Of a DNA stretch of 64,000 nt, positions 34,370 to 44,674 are shown in pieces. How positions within the stretch are numbered: the stretch's first letter is position 1; every line of letters starts with the position of its first letter. This DNA is from an uncultured delta proteobacterium (GTDB lineage Bacteria; Myxococcota; Myxococcia; Myxococcales; Anaeromyxobacteraceae), in assembly GCA_963700085.1 (NCBI GenBank), contig CAVOWI010000020.1, positions 79,450-143,449 of the forward strand, read 5' to 3'. A model generated the notes under the pieces. The model was not told the DNA's origin, did not search any database, and saw nothing but the letters and a program-made list of their open reading frames with translations. The position numbers were made by a program, and so were the translations under genes.

Positions 34370-35794
34370 TCATTGCTCCAGGGCGCTGGCAGCGTCCTGC
34401 AGCTCGCGCCAGAGCGCCTCGACGTGGCGCCGCTCGGTGGTCTCGGCTCCCACCGAGACCCGCAAGGTCTGCTGCCCCTTCAGCACGCTGGGCGTGAGAT
34501 AGGCGCGGCCGCCCTCGTTCACCCGGCGTGCAATGGCCAGGTTGTGGGCGGCCAGGCGAACCTCGTCGAGCACGCCGTGCGGGATGTGGCGGAGGACGAC
34601 GGTCTGGAGCGGCACGGGCGCCATCCGCTCCCACCCCGGCGCCTCGTCGACCCGATCGGCGAACCAGTGGGCGTTCTCCACGTCCCGACGCACGCGGGCC
34701 CGGATCCCGTCGACACCGACGTCGAGCAGGAAGAACCAGAGCTTGAGCGCGCGGAACCGCCGGCCCAGCGGGATGCCCCAGTCGCGGAAATTCTTCACCT
34801 CGCCGTCCTGGGCGGTGCGCAGGTAGCTCGGGTTCGTGGACATCACCCGCACCAGGTGCTGCGGGTCGCGGACGAAGTAGGCCGACAGGTCGAAGCCGGT
34901 CCCCATCCACTTGTGCGGGTTGAACACCAGCGAGTCGACCTCCTCGACCCCGCGCCACATCCAGCGGTACTCCGGCTCGACCATCGCCGTCCCGGCCAGC
35001 GCCGCGTCGAGGTGGAGCCAGAGGCCGTGGCGCTTCGCCACCCCGGCGATGCCGGCCACCGGATCGAGCGCCGTGGTTCCGGTGCTCCCGGTGGTGGCGA
35101 CCACCGCGCACGGCCGCAGGCCAGCGCCGCGGTCCGCCTCGACCGCCTCGGCGAGCGCCTCGATGCGCATGGCGTTGGACCGGTCGGTGGCGACGTATCG
35201 CAGGTACTTCTTGCCGAAGCCTGCCAGCAGCGCGTCCTTCTCGACGGAGCTGTGGGCCTGGTCGGAGGCGTAGACGACCATGGGGGCCTCCCCGCCCTGC
35301 AGCCCCTGGTTGTTCTGCGAGAAGCTGCTCGTCCGCTCCCGGGCGCACAGCAGCGCGGTGAGCGTGGCGGTGGAGGCCGTGTCGTGGATCACGCCGGTGA
35401 AGGTCGTGGGCAACCCCACCATCTGGCGGAGCCAGTCCATCACCACCTCCTCCACCTCGGTGGCGGCCGGCGAGGTCTGCCAGCTCATTCCCTGCACCCC
35501 CAGGCCCGCGCAGACCAGATCGGCGAGCACCGAGGCGAAGCTGGTGTTGGAGGGGAAGTAGGCGAAGAAGGAGGGGTGATTCCAGTGGGTGATTCCGGGG
35601 AGCACGAGCTCGTCGAGCGCGGCGATGGCCTCGGGCAGCCCCCCTCCGCTGGCCGGCGGCCCGGCGGGGAAGCGGGCGCGGATCTCCCCGGGCTTCACCC
35701 GGCTCATCACCGGCAGTGACTCGAGCCGGTCGCGGTAGTTCGCGACCCAGTCCACCAGCTCGTGCCCCAGCTTCCGGAAGGCGTCGGAGTCCAT
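34370..35794 (-). CDS. PLP-dependent group II decarboxylase (aromatic-L-amino-acid/tyrosine decarboxylase-like)
   Basis: 474 aa. HWNHPSFFAYFPSN, SWQTSPAATEVE, ATTGSTGTTALDP, and LHLDAALAG...SLVFNPHKWMG (PLP-Lys). Confidence 0.9.
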   Translation of the reverse strand: MDSDAFRKLGHELVDWVANYRDRLESLPVMSRVKPGEIRARFPAGPPASGGGLPEAIAALDELVLPGITHWNHPSFFAYFPSNTSFASVLADLVCAGLGVQGMSWQTSPAATEVEEVVMDWLRQMVGLPTTFTGVIHDTASTATLTALLCARERTSSFSQNNQGLQGGEAPMVVYASDQAHSSVEKDALLAGFGKKYLRYVATDRSNAMRIEALAEAVEADRGAGLRPCAVVATTGSTGTTALDPVAGIAGVAKRHGLWLHLDAALAGTAMVEPEYRWMWRGVEEVDSLVFNPHKWMGTGFDLSAYFVRDPQHLVRVMSTNPSYLRTAQDGEVKNFRDWGIPLGRRFRALKLWFFLLDVGVDGIRARVRRDVENAHWFADRVDEAPGWERMAPVPLQTVVLRHIPHGVLDEVRLAAHNLAIARRVNEGGRAYLTPSVLKGQQTLRVSVGAETTERRHVEALWRELQDAASALEQ

Positions 35795-35833
35795 GGGCCG
35801 AAGACTACTCCTCCCCGAGGCAGCAGCGCGCGC

Positions 35834-37042
35834 TCAAACGTCGAGCATGAGCCGGCTGGGCTCCTCGATGAGCTCCTTCACCTTGACGAGGAAGGTCACC
35901 GCCTCCCGGCCGTCGATGATGCGATGGTCGTAGGAGAGGGCCAGGTACATCATGGGACGCACCACCACCGTGTCGTCGGGCCCCACCACCGGCTTCTTCT
36001 GGATCTTGTGGAGCCCCAGGATGCCGCTCTGCGGCGTGTTGAGAATGGGGGTCGAGAGCATCGACCCGTAGATCCCGCCGTTGGAGATGGTGAAGGTGCC
36101 GCCGGAGAGGTCCTCCATGGTGATCCGGTTCTCCCGGGCCCGCCTGGCCAGCTCGGCGATGGAGAGCTCGATCTGCGCCAGCGAGAGCTGATCGGCGTCC
36201 CGGATGACCGGGACCACGAGCCCCTTGCCGCCGCCCACCGCCACGCCCACGTCGTAGTGGTCCTTGAAGAGGACCGCGTCGCCGCGCACCTCTGCGTTGA
36301 CCGACGGGAAGGCGGCCAGCGCCTCCACCACCGCCTTCACGAAGAAGCCCATGAAGCCCAGCTTGATGCCGTGCTTCTCCTGGAAGGCCTGTCCGTAGCG
36401 CTCGCGGAGCTCCATCACCCGCGACATGTCCACCTCGTTGAAGGTGGTGAGGATGGCTGCGCTGTCCTGGGCCTCGAGCAGGCGGCGCGCCACCGTGCGT
36501 CGCAGCGGCGACATGGGCACGAGCCGCTCGCGCGGGCCGGGCGCCGGGAACTCCACCGGGGCGAGCGTCGTCTTGCCGGAGGCGGCCTCGAGGAGCCTCA
36601 GCAGATCGGCCTTCCCGAGGCCGTGCTCGGCGAGGAGCTTGCGCGCAGCGGGCGTGAGACGCGTCGCGAGCGGCGCGCCCTGCGGAGGTGCCGGCGAGGC
36701 TGCCGGCGCTGGGGGCGGCGCGACGGCGGGCGCCTTCGGCGCGGGGGGCCCAGGGGGCGCGGAGGGCGGCTTCGTCGATGCGGCTGCGCTGGCTACCGTC
36801 ACCGCGCCGGCCTCGATCTCGCCCAGGGCCTGCCCCACGGCAACGGTCTCGCCGGTCTGGCGCAGCACCTTGCGGAGCACCCCGGCCACCGGAGCCGGCA
36901 CCACGACCGTGGCCTTCTCGCTCTCGACCTCCACCACTGGCTCGTCCTGTGCGACCGCCTCCCCTTCCTTCTTCAGCCACGGACCGACCTGTGCCTGCGT
37001 GACGCTCTCGCCCAGCGACGGGACCTTCAGCTCGACTGCCAT
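35834..37042 (-). CDS. sucB: 2-oxoglutarate dehydrogenase E2 component (dihydrolipoamide succinyltransferase)
   Basis: 402 aa. Lipoyl domain [15 protein letters not shown], Ala/Pro linker, PSBD, and catalytic ...[16 protein letters not shown]. Confidence 0.92.
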   Translation of the reverse strand: MAVELKVPSLGESVTQAQVGPWLKKEGEAVAQDEPVVEVESEKATVVVPAPVAGVLRKVLRQTGETVAVGQALGEIEAGAVTVASAAASTKPPSAPPGPPAPKAPAVAPPPAPAASPAPPQGAPLATRLTPAARKLLAEHGLGKADLLRLLEAASGKTTLAPVEFPAPGPRERLVPMSPLRRTVARRLLEAQDSAAILTTFNEVDMSRVMELRERYGQAFQEKHGIKLGFMGFFVKAVVEALAAFPSVNAEVRGDAVLFKDHYDVGVAVGGGKGLVVPVIRDADQLSLAQIELSIAELARRARENRITMEDLSGGTFTISNGGIYGSMLSTPILNTPQSGILGLHKIQKKPVVGPDDTVVVRPMMYLALSYDHRIIDGREAVTFLVKVKELIEEPSRLMLDV

Positions 37043-37069
37043 GGATTCACATCCCTCCCGGATTTCGGA

Positions 37070-39817
37070 TCATCCCAGCGCTTCCTCGACGAGGGCTTGC
37101 TGGACGAGCTTGTGTCGCGTGGCCGAGCCCGACGCCGGGCTCGGGCTGGCGGGCCGCGCAACCACCGAGGTGCGCGCGTCGAAGCCCCTGACCGCCTCGC
37201 CGAGCGCGTCGCGGATGTGAGGCCACGCTCCCATGTTCCGCGGCTCCTCCTGGACCCAGAGCACCTCGACCGACGCAGGGTACTGGGCGAGCGCCTCCCG
37301 CAGCTCGGCGGTGCGCAACGGGTAGAGCTGCTCCACCCGGACGAGGGCCACGTCGATCGTCTTCCTCGACGCGCGGGCCTCGGCGAGGTCGTAGAAGACC
37401 TTGCCCGAGCAGAGGAGCACGCGACGCACCGCCGCCGGATCGGCGATCGTCACGTCGGCCAGGACCGGGTGGAACCTCCCTTCCGTCAGCTCGTCGATCG
37501 GCGACACCGCCGCCGGGTTCCGCAGCAAGCTCTTCGGCGACATCACCACCATCGGCTTCCGCCAGGGCGAGAGCACCTGGCCGCGCAGCGCGTGGAAGAC
37601 CTGGGCCGGGGTGGTGAGGTTCACCACCCGCCAGTTGTCCTCCACCGACAGTTCCAGGAAGCGCTCCAGCCGCGCGCTGGAGTGCTCGGGCCCCTGCCCT
37701 TCCATGCCGTGCGGGAGCAGCAGGACGAGTCCGGAGAGCCGGTTCCACTTGACCTCGGAGGAGGAGAGGAACTGGTCGATGAGAACCTGGGCCCCGTTCA
37801 CGAAGTCGCCGAACTGCGCCTCCCAGATCACCAGCGCCTCGGGCTGCTCGAGGCTGTAGCCGAACTCGAATCCCAGCGCGGCGGCCTCGGAGAGCAGGCT
37901 GTCGAAGACCTGGACCTGGCCCTGCCCCTCCCTGAGGTGGCCGAGCGGCATGTAGGTGGCCCCGGTCTTCACGTCGTGGATCACGGCGTGGCGGTGGCTG
38001 AAGGTCCCGCGTCGCACGTCCTGCCCCACCAGCCGGACCGGATGTCCGTCCCAGGCGATGGATCCGTAGGCGAGCCCCTCGGCGAATCCCCAGTCGAGCG
38101 GCCGCTTGCCGCGCGCCATCTCGGCGCGCCCCTCGAAGAGCTTCACGATCTTGGGGTTGGCGTCGAACCCGTCCGGGATCTCGGAGAGGTGGCGGGCCAC
38201 GTGGGCGAGCCGATCGGCCGGGACCGCCGTGGCCACGTCGTCGGCAGTTCCCAGGGGACCGCCGCGGTAACGGCTCCAGACCCCCTCGTTGGCCGCCGGC
38301 GAGGGAACGGCGGCGATGGCGGCCGAGGCCTGGTAGGCCTCCTCGAGGCGGGCCTGGTAGGCGCGGGTCATCCCGGCCACCTGCTCCTCGGTGGCCGCGC
38401 CCTGGCGCTGGAGTTCCAAGGCGTAGGCGCGCGGGAACGGCGTCTTGGCCGCGATGTTCCGGTACATGAGCGGCTGGGTGAAGGTCGGCTCGTCCCCCTC
38501 GTTGTGCCCGAACTTCCTGTACGTCCAGAGGTCGATCACGGCGTCGCGATGCCAGCGCTGGCGGAAGTCGGCGGCCAGCAGGACGGTCTGGGCCACGGCC
38601 TCGAGGTCCTCGCCGTTGACGTGGAAGACCGGGATGTCGAGCATGAGCGCGACGTCGGTGGCGTAGACGGTCGAGCGGGAATCCCTGGGCGAGGTGGTGA
38701 AGCCGATCTGGTTGTTCACCACGACGTGGATGGTGCCCCCGCACCGGTAGGCCGGCAGCTGCGACATGTTGAAGGTCTCGGCCACGATGCCCTGGCCGGC
38801 GAAGGCAGCGTCCCCGTGGATGATCACCGGGATGGAGCGCTGCCCCTCCGCGTCTCTGAACCGGTCCTGCTTGGCGCGAATCCTTCCCTGGACGACCGGA
38901 TCGATCCACTCGAGGTGACTGGGATTGAAGGCCAGCGAGAGGCGCAGGCCACCGTCGGCGGTGTCGCGCGTGCTGGAGTATCCCAGGTGGTACTTCACGT
39001 CTCCACCGGCGGCGCCGTTGATGATGGCCTGGTCGCGGAACTCGGCGAAGATGTCGCGCAGCGGCTTGCCGAGAACGTTGGCGAGCACGTTGAGACGCCC
39101 TCGGTGGGCCATGCCGATGACCACGTTGCGCACGCCATAGCCGACCGCGCGGTCGAGGAGGAGCTCGAGCATCGGCACGAGCACCTCGGCCCCCTCGAGC
39201 GAGAATCGCTTCGCCCCCAGGAAGCGAGTGCCGAGGAACTGCTCGAACATCCCGGCCTGAAGAAGCTTCTCGAGCAGCTTCCGCTTCACCTCCGGCGTGA
39301 GCGTGAGCCGGTTGCGGGTGCGCTCCATCCGCTGCTCCAGCCACCCCCGGAGCTCGCGGTCGTGGATGTGACCGAGCTGGACGCCGAGGGTCCGGCCGTA
39401 GGTCTCCTGGAGCCGCCCGATGAGATGGCGCAGCGTGCCGGCGCCGGCGACCGGACCGAGCACGGGTCGGTCCAGGTCGGCCTCGGTGAGCCCGAACTCT
39501 TCCAGGTCGAGCCGCTCCGCCCGGCGCCGCTCCATCCCCAGGGGATCCAGGTCGGCCTGGAGATGGCCGAAGGTGCGCCAGGCGTTGACCAGGCGATCCA
39601 CCCGGAGTCGAAAGGCCTCGCGATCGTCGGCGCGCGAGGCTCCGGCCTCGCGGGGCGCACGGGCCGGCCAGGTCGAGGGCGCCGGGGCCGCGTCCGGCAC
39701 GGGGGGCAGGGTCTCGAAGTAGGCGCGCCAGCGCTCGTCCACCGAGGCTGGATCCTGCAGCCAGCCGAAGTAGAGGTCCTCGACAAATCCAAGGTTGGAG
39801 GCGCTCGGAGTGGTCAT
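37070..39817 (-). CDS. sucA: 2-oxoglutarate dehydrogenase E1 component
   Basis: 915 aa. ...KRFSLEGAE..., MAHRGRLNVL, the ThDP-binding region HGDAAFAGQG, and PHGMEGQGPEHSSARLERFL. Confidence 0.95.
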   Translation of the reverse strand: MTTPSASNLGFVEDLYFGWLQDPASVDERWRAYFETLPPVPDAAPAPSTWPARAPREAGASRADDREAFRLRVDRLVNAWRTFGHLQADLDPLGMERRRAERLDLEEFGLTEADLDRPVLGPVAGAGTLRHLIGRLQETYGRTLGVQLGHIHDRELRGWLEQRMERTRNRLTLTPEVKRKLLEKLLQAGMFEQFLGTRFLGAKRFSLEGAEVLVPMLELLLDRAVGYGVRNVVIGMAHRGRLNVLANVLGKPLRDIFAEFRDQAIINGAAGGDVKYHLGYSSTRDTADGGLRLSLAFNPSHLEWIDPVVQGRIRAKQDRFRDAEGQRSIPVIIHGDAAFAGQGIVAETFNMSQLPAYRCGGTIHVVVNNQIGFTTSPRDSRSTVYATDVALMLDIPVFHVNGEDLEAVAQTVLLAADFRQRWHRDAVIDLWTYRKFGHNEGDEPTFTQPLMYRNIAAKTPFPRAYALELQRQGAATEEQVAGMTRAYQARLEEAYQASAAIAAVPSPAANEGVWSRYRGGPLGTADDVATAVPADRLAHVARHLSEIPDGFDANPKIVKLFEGRAEMARGKRPLDWGFAEGLAYGSIAWDGHPVRLVGQDVRRGTFSHRHAVIHDVKTGATYMPLGHLREGQGQVQVFDSLLSEAAALGFEFGYSLEQPEALVIWEAQFGDFVNGAQVLIDQFLSSSEVKWNRLSGLVLLLPHGMEGQGPEHSSARLERFLELSVEDNWRVVNLTTPAQVFHALRGQVLSPWRKPMVVMSPKSLLRNPAAVSPIDELTEGRFHPVLADVTIADPAAVRRVLLCSGKVFYDLAEARASRKTIDVALVRVEQLYPLRTAELREALAQYPASVEVLWVQEEPRNMGAWPHIRDALGEAVRGFDARTSVVARPASPSPASGSATRHKLVQQALVEEALG

Positions 39818-39880
39818 GCCGGGCCATCATAACGACCCGGTGGCGGAGATCCTCGAGGGATGCGCCGACCCAGGTGGAGC

Positions 39881-41038
39881 CTACGGGTCCGGTGGTCCGG
39901 CGTGGCGCCCGACCACCCGGAGGAGCTCCTCGAGGTCGAAGGGCTTGGAGAGGTAGGCGTCGGCCACCGGCAGCGTGCTCGCGCCCGGCATGGCCGCGGT
40001 CATGATGGCCACCGGCACGTCCTCCGCGATCCCCTCGCTTCGGATTCGCTCCAGGAGTTGCGGCCCGTTCATCACCGGCATCACCAGGTCGAGCACCACC
40101 ATGGACGGGCGGCGCGACCTCAGATAGGTGAGCGCCTCCTCGCCGTTCACGGCGACGTCGACGGCGTAACCCTCGAATCCGAGGAAGTCGGCGATGCCTT
40201 GGCGGATGCCGGGGTCGTCTTCTACCACCAGGATGGGCACCCCCATCAGATAACGGGCGGAGGTCCGGGCGCCACTCGGGCGGCTCCGGAGCGGCCCGGG
40301 AGGACGCAGCGCCAGGCGCCAGGCGCCCCAGGCCACGAGGAGGATCGACCCGTACTGGGCCGGTGTGAGCCCCGCGTAGCGGGCGTCGGCGTAGGCGACG
40401 TCGCTCGCCCGCAGGAAGTCGAGCAGGAATCTCGCGCAGCCGTAGAGGATCGCGAGCAGGCCGAGGAGGCGCCCCTCGAGCCGCCGCCGCGACCACAGGC
40501 TCCAGAGCAGCCCGGCGATGGCGAAGAGGACGATCGCCTCGTAGAGCCCCAGGTCGTGCCGGGCCCCGCCAGCGAAGCGCACCGCCAGGGGGAAATCGGT
40601 CAGGCGCCCCGGGTGGTCGTGCACGAGGAAGCAGCCGATGCGCGCCACGCCCCAGCCGGTCGGCACCCCCACCGCGAATGCGTCCCCGTATCGCCCCAGC
40701 GGGATGCGGCGGATCCGGAAGAAGAGAAGCGCCGCGAGCACGCCGCCGAGGAGCCCACCGAAGGAGGAGAGACCATCCCAGAAGGCGAGGAACCGGCGGG
40801 GATCGCGAAGTTCCTCCGGATGGTAGGCGCCGACGTGCACCAGGTGCCCGACCGCGATGCCCGCCACCACGCCCCAGATGGCGAAGTCGACGACGGGGCG
40901 CGGATCGAGGCCGCGGCGCTGCGCCGCCCAGGCCGTGGAGCGAACACCCAGGGCGACGCCGAGCGCCGCGAGGATGCCGAAGGCTTGAAGGGTGACGGGC
41001 CCGAGATGCAGCGCCGGCGGCTCGAACCAGGGGATCAA
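39881..41038 (-). CDS. lgt: Prolipoprotein diacylglyceryl transferase (Lgt) reading in frame, without a stop, into a complete CheY-like receiver domain
   Basis: Residues 1 to about 250 are an Lgt-like polytopic domain (...AFWDGLSSFGGLLGG..., GRYGDAFAVGVPTGWGVARIGCFLVHDHPG, HDLGLYEAI). Residues about 265-385 read MGVPILVVEDDPG...SMVVLDLVMPVMNG...VAIMTAA...YLSKPF, with all receiver signature residues. An internal ATG lies at 40246. An alternative-frame TGA (TGATG) at the junction means a 1-nt assembly error could have fused two genes. Confidence 0.7.
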   Translation of the reverse strand: MIPWFEPPALHLGPVTLQAFGILAALGVALGVRSTAWAAQRRGLDPRPVVDFAIWGVVAGIAVGHLVHVGAYHPEELRDPRRFLAFWDGLSSFGGLLGGVLAALLFFRIRRIPLGRYGDAFAVGVPTGWGVARIGCFLVHDHPGRLTDFPLAVRFAGGARHDLGLYEAIVLFAIAGLLWSLWSRRRLEGRLLGLLAILYGCARFLLDFLRASDVAYADARYAGLTPAQYGSILLVAWGAWRLALRPPGPLRSRPSGARTSARYLMGVPILVVEDDPGIRQGIADFLGFEGYAVDVAVNGEEALTYLRSRRPSMVVLDLVMPVMNGPQLLERIRSEGIAEDVPVAIMTAAMPGASTLPVADAYLSKPFDLEELLRVVGRHAGPPDP

Positions 41039-41044
41039 TCGGGG

Positions 41045-41599
41045 CTACCCGGCCAGGTCGGCCTCGAGCGCGTGGCGCTGCTCGCGCGCGAGGGCGACCT
41101 CCACCCGGAGCCGTGGATGATCGGACCCGACCGCCACCGGGCTCTCCCCGCCGGTGTCGAACTTGAGGTACTGCACCGACGAGAGCCGGTCCTCCCCCAC
41201 CTGGCGGGCGTCGAAGGTCGCCATCACCTTCCGTCCGGATGCGGTCTTCACGTAGAGGTTGCCGGGGAGACCCATCCACTCGCGGAGCTTCACGGTCCGC
41301 TTGTCCGGATCGTCGATCTCGATGAGGAGCACGGCACCGAGCTCGCCCTTCTTGCCGAGCAGCTCGTTGTAGGTGTCGAGCTCGTGCTGGATGGCCTGCT
41401 CCGTCACCATGCGCTCGGCGCGGACCATCTCCTGGATCTGGTATCGGACCGTGTCGCGGTTCTCGAAGAGAAACGTGATCGCGTCGCCCAGGTGCACGCG
41501 GCGCGGCGCCTTCACGGCCAGGACCTCGGCCTGGATCCCTGGCCGGGCCTTCTCGTAGGCGGTCAGGTCGAGGATCTCCTCGCGGGTCACGGGCTTCAT
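41045..41599 (-). CDS. DUF3501-like protein (conserved partner of the CCG Fe-S oxidoreductase)
   Basis: 184 aa, soluble, high GC3. ATGA overlap with the upstream Fe-S gene. The family name is from memory of this gene-neighbourhood type and is not verified. Confidence 0.7.
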   Translation of the reverse strand: MKPVTREEILDLTAYEKARPGIQAEVLAVKAPRRVHLGDAITFLFENRDTVRYQIQEMVRAERMVTEQAIQHELDTYNELLGKKGELGAVLLIEIDDPDKRTVKLREWMGLPGNLYVKTASGRKVMATFDARQVGEDRLSSVQYLKFDTGGESPVAVGSDHPRLRVEVALAREQRHALEADLAG

Positions 41600-42960
41600 C
41601 GATTCCCTTCCTCGCCACCCGGCCCGAAGCCGCCTTCCCGGTAGGCCCGGGCCAGCACCGTCATGGGGTGCAGAGGCTTGTTGCCGGCGAACTGCTGGAA
41701 CTGGATGGCGGCCAGCGGGCAGTCGGTGCACCAGACCTTGGCCTCGGCCGACTTCATGCCGTCGAAGGCCTTCTGGCCGATGCGCCCGGAGGCGTCGTGC
41801 CCCTCCACGGTCATGGCGTAGGTGCCGTCGTGGCCGCAGCACTCCATCACCGTGGCCGCCACCTCCACGCCGGGTATCCGGCGGAGCAGGTCGCGCCCCT
41901 TGAATCCCACCGCCTGGGCCCGCAGGTGGCAGGGCGCGTGGTAGGCGACCCGACCGCCGGGCGGGGTGCTCTTGAAGTCGGAGCTGAAGCGCGGCTCGTT
42001 GCGGATGCTCCAGAGGTACTCGGAGACGTCCATCACCGCCGGTGCGAGCTTCCCGGCCCGCTCCCGATCGGCGCCCTCGAGGAGGTGGGGCCACTCGCGC
42101 CGCATCATCATCGAGCAGGTGGGGTTGACCACCAGTACCTTGGCCCCCTTCTCCACGAAGGGCATCAGGAGGTCCAGGTCATCGTGCGCCTGAAGGCGCA
42201 GCTGCTGGATGTCGCCGTGCTCCCAGACCGGCATGCCGCAGCAGCGCAGCCCCTTCACGACGCGGACGTCGACGCCGTTCTTGCGGAGCACCTCGAGGGT
42301 GTCCATGCCGAGCTGGGTGTCGTTGTTCTGGACGAAGCAGGTCTGGAAGAGCACCGCCTCCCCGCCGGGCTCGGCCTTCACCCAGCCGCCCTCCTCGGCC
42401 CAGGAGTCGAAGGCCTGGGAGGCGAAGTCGGGGAGCGCGGCGTGCCGGTCGACGCCCAGCACCTTCTCCATGACCCAGCGCGCCGGCGCCACCTTGTTCA
42501 TGGCGTTGGCGAGCCCGAGCGACATGCGGGCCATCTTGCCGGCCATGTCGGGGTCGCCCAGGAAGCGCTCGCGCAGCCCGCGCCTCTCGCCGCTGGCGCG
42601 GAACTTCTGTGCGTCGTGGCGGTGGACCAGGGCCGGGAAGTCGAGCTGGTAGGGGTGGCCGTCGCGCGGGGTGTACGGGCACTGCACCTCGCAGAGCTTG
42701 CACTGGAAGCAGTCGTCCATGACCTCCTCGATCTCGGCGGCGTCGAGGCGGTGGACGTCGTGGTCCTTCTGGTCGAGGAGCTCGAAGAGGCGCGGGAAGC
42801 TGTCGCAGAACTTGAAGCACATGCGGCAGCCGTTGCAGATGTCGAAGGCGCGAAGCTCCTCGCCGTGCAGCGCGGCCGGGTCCCAGTACACGGGCTGTGA
42901 AGGGTCGTAGGACAGGCCGGGCGTCGGGTCGTAGCTCACCTTCTTGCCGGCTTCGGCCAT
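41596..42960 (-). CDS. Heterodisulfide-reductase-D/GlpC-like (Fe-S) oxidoreductase with two CCG domains
   Basis: 454 aa. Two ferredoxin motifs, [11 protein letters not shown] and [12 protein letters not shown]. Two CCG motifs, LRCCGMP and ECCGHDG. Confidence 0.85.
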   Translation of the reverse strand: MAEAGKKVSYDPTPGLSYDPSQPVYWDPAALHGEELRAFDICNGCRMCFKFCDSFPRLFELLDQKDHDVHRLDAAEIEEVMDDCFQCKLCEVQCPYTPRDGHPYQLDFPALVHRHDAQKFRASGERRGLRERFLGDPDMAGKMARMSLGLANAMNKVAPARWVMEKVLGVDRHAALPDFASQAFDSWAEEGGWVKAEPGGEAVLFQTCFVQNNDTQLGMDTLEVLRKNGVDVRVVKGLRCCGMPVWEHGDIQQLRLQAHDDLDLLMPFVEKGAKVLVVNPTCSMMMRREWPHLLEGADRERAGKLAPAVMDVSEYLWSIRNEPRFSSDFKSTPPGGRVAYHAPCHLRAQAVGFKGRDLLRRIPGVEVAATVMECCGHDGTYAMTVEGHDASGRIGQKAFDGMKSAEAKVWCTDCPLAAIQFQQFAGNKPLHPMTVLARAYREGGFGPGGEEGNR

Positions 42961-43027
42961 GTCGATCCCCCGCGCCACGGCGGCCCGTTCCCGGCAGGCC
43001 AGCCCGGGAACGAGCGCCTGGCCTTCC

Positions 43028-43447
43028 CTACTTGATGCTGTCGAGCATCTTCCCGAACTTGCCGGCGTGGGACTTCTCGGCCTTGGCGAGCGTCTCGAAC
43101 CAGTCGGCGACCTGGGTGAAGCCCTCCTCGCGGGCGGTCTTGGCGAAGCCCGGGTACATGTCGGTGTACTCGTGGGTCTCGCCGGCGACGGCCGACTTGA
43201 GGTTCGCCACCGAGTCGCCGATGGGGAGGTCGGTGGCCGGATCGCCAACCTGCTTGAGGTAATCGAGGTGACCGAAGGCGTGGCCCGTCTCGCCCTCGGC
43301 GGTCTCGCGGAAGTTGCCGGCGACCTCGGGGTAGCCCTCCACGTCGGCGACCTTCGCGAAGTACAGGTACCGCCGGTTCGCCTGCGACTCGCCGGCGAAG
43401 GCGGCCTTGAGATTTCCGTGCGTCTTGGTGCCCTTGAGCTGTGCCAT
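43028..43447 (-). CDS. Rubrerythrin-family diiron protein lacking the rubredoxin domain
   Basis: 139 aa. [21 protein letters not shown]. ExxH pairs (ETGH, EKSH) and additional Glu ligands (GETHEY). No Cys at all. AGGAGAGG upstream of ATG 43447. Confidence 0.9.
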   Translation of the reverse strand: MAQLKGTKTHGNLKAAFAGESQANRRYLYFAKVADVEGYPEVAGNFRETAEGETGHAFGHLDYLKQVGDPATDLPIGDSVANLKSAVAGETHEYTDMYPGFAKTAREEGFTQVADWFETLAKAEKSHAGKFGKMLDSIK

Positions 43448-43597
43448 GTGGACCTCTCCTTTGCTCCTGCTGTTATCCCGGGACGGGAATCCTGTCTCGC
43501 GGAAAGTCGGGGCCGGGGCCGCGCCTTCCGGGGAGGGACATGCCGCGGCCGCGCCGGTGGCGCAACACATCGTGGCTATCGGATCCATAGGCCCGGC

Positions 43598-44648
43598 CTA
43601 TGACTCGGGACGGACCGCCCGCCTCAGCCGGCCGGCCAGGTCGCCGATGGCGCGCGCCTCGGCGGCCACCTCGCGGGTCGAGGCCGAGGTCCGCTCGTAG
43701 GCCAGGAAGATGCCGTTCATCGCGTGCATCACCTGCTCGAAGCCGCTCTCCTGCTGCTGGGCCACGCCGGCGATCTCCCGGCCGCCGCGGGCCGACGCGG
43801 CGAGCGCCTTGGCCAGCTCGCCGGAGCGTGACCGCCGCACCCTCGATGACCATGGCCCCCTCGCCGGCGCGGATGCTGCCGGCCTCGGCTGCCTCCACCG
43901 CTCCCGTCATGGCGACGCGCACCTCGTCGAGGATGGCCTTGGCGCGCGAGGCGGCCTCGGCGGTCTCCTCGGCATGGCCGTCCATCCGGGCGAGGAGCGC
44001 GGGGAAGGCCTCGGGCGCGAGGATTCCACCATCGGCCTGGGCCTGGGCGCGTGCCATGGCGGAGAGCGAGCGGGAGCGCTCGGCGACCCGGGCGACGGCG
44101 TCCGTCACGTGGAAGACGTCCCGCATGCGGTCGTTCAGGCCCGCGATGAGTTGCGAGAGCGCCTGGACCTCCGTGGCGAGCCGGGTGAGCGCCTCGTGCG
44201 ACTGCTCGGCGGTGGAGAGTCCGCGAGCCGCGGCTCGCTCCGACTCGAGAGCCAGCCCCACCACCGTCTCGGCGGTGAGCGCCGATGCGGTGGCGCTGCT
44301 GGAGAGGCGGGACATGGTGGCGCTGGTGTCCCGAACGCCGGCGGCGGTCTCCTCGGTGCTGGAGGTCAGGGACGCCACGGCCCCGACCAACCCCTTGGCC
44401 CGCAGCGCCAGCTCGGAGGAGGTCCGCTCCGCCTCGTCGCGCCGGACTCGCGCGACTCGAAGCATCTCCTGGCTGCGGTCCTCGATCGACTCCGCCTGGG
44501 TCCCCAGCGTCCAGCAGAGCGGCGCCAGAAGCGCCGGCACGGCGCCCAGCAGCCAGAGGACCGCCCCCCCTGCGCCGAGGGCCGCGCCTCCGGCCGGAAA
44601 GGCCAGCCCGACGAGGAGCCCCAGCGCGGCAAGCGGAATCGGTCGCAT
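43598..44648 (-). CDS. Methyl-accepting chemotaxis protein (short, TM hairpin, no periplasmic sensor or HAMP evident); frameshifted as assembled
   Basis: Two adjacent TM helices, then a long Ala/Glu/Ser-rich coiled-coil. The conserved signalling tip ...[37 protein letters not shown]... is in track ORF 43598..43840 and the N-terminal 270 aa are in ORF 43473..44852. The span is 1051 nt (1 mod 3), with an extra base near 43826-43833. Confidence 0.8.
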
Positions 44649-44674
44649 CGTCCCCCTGCGAACCCCCACGCCGC

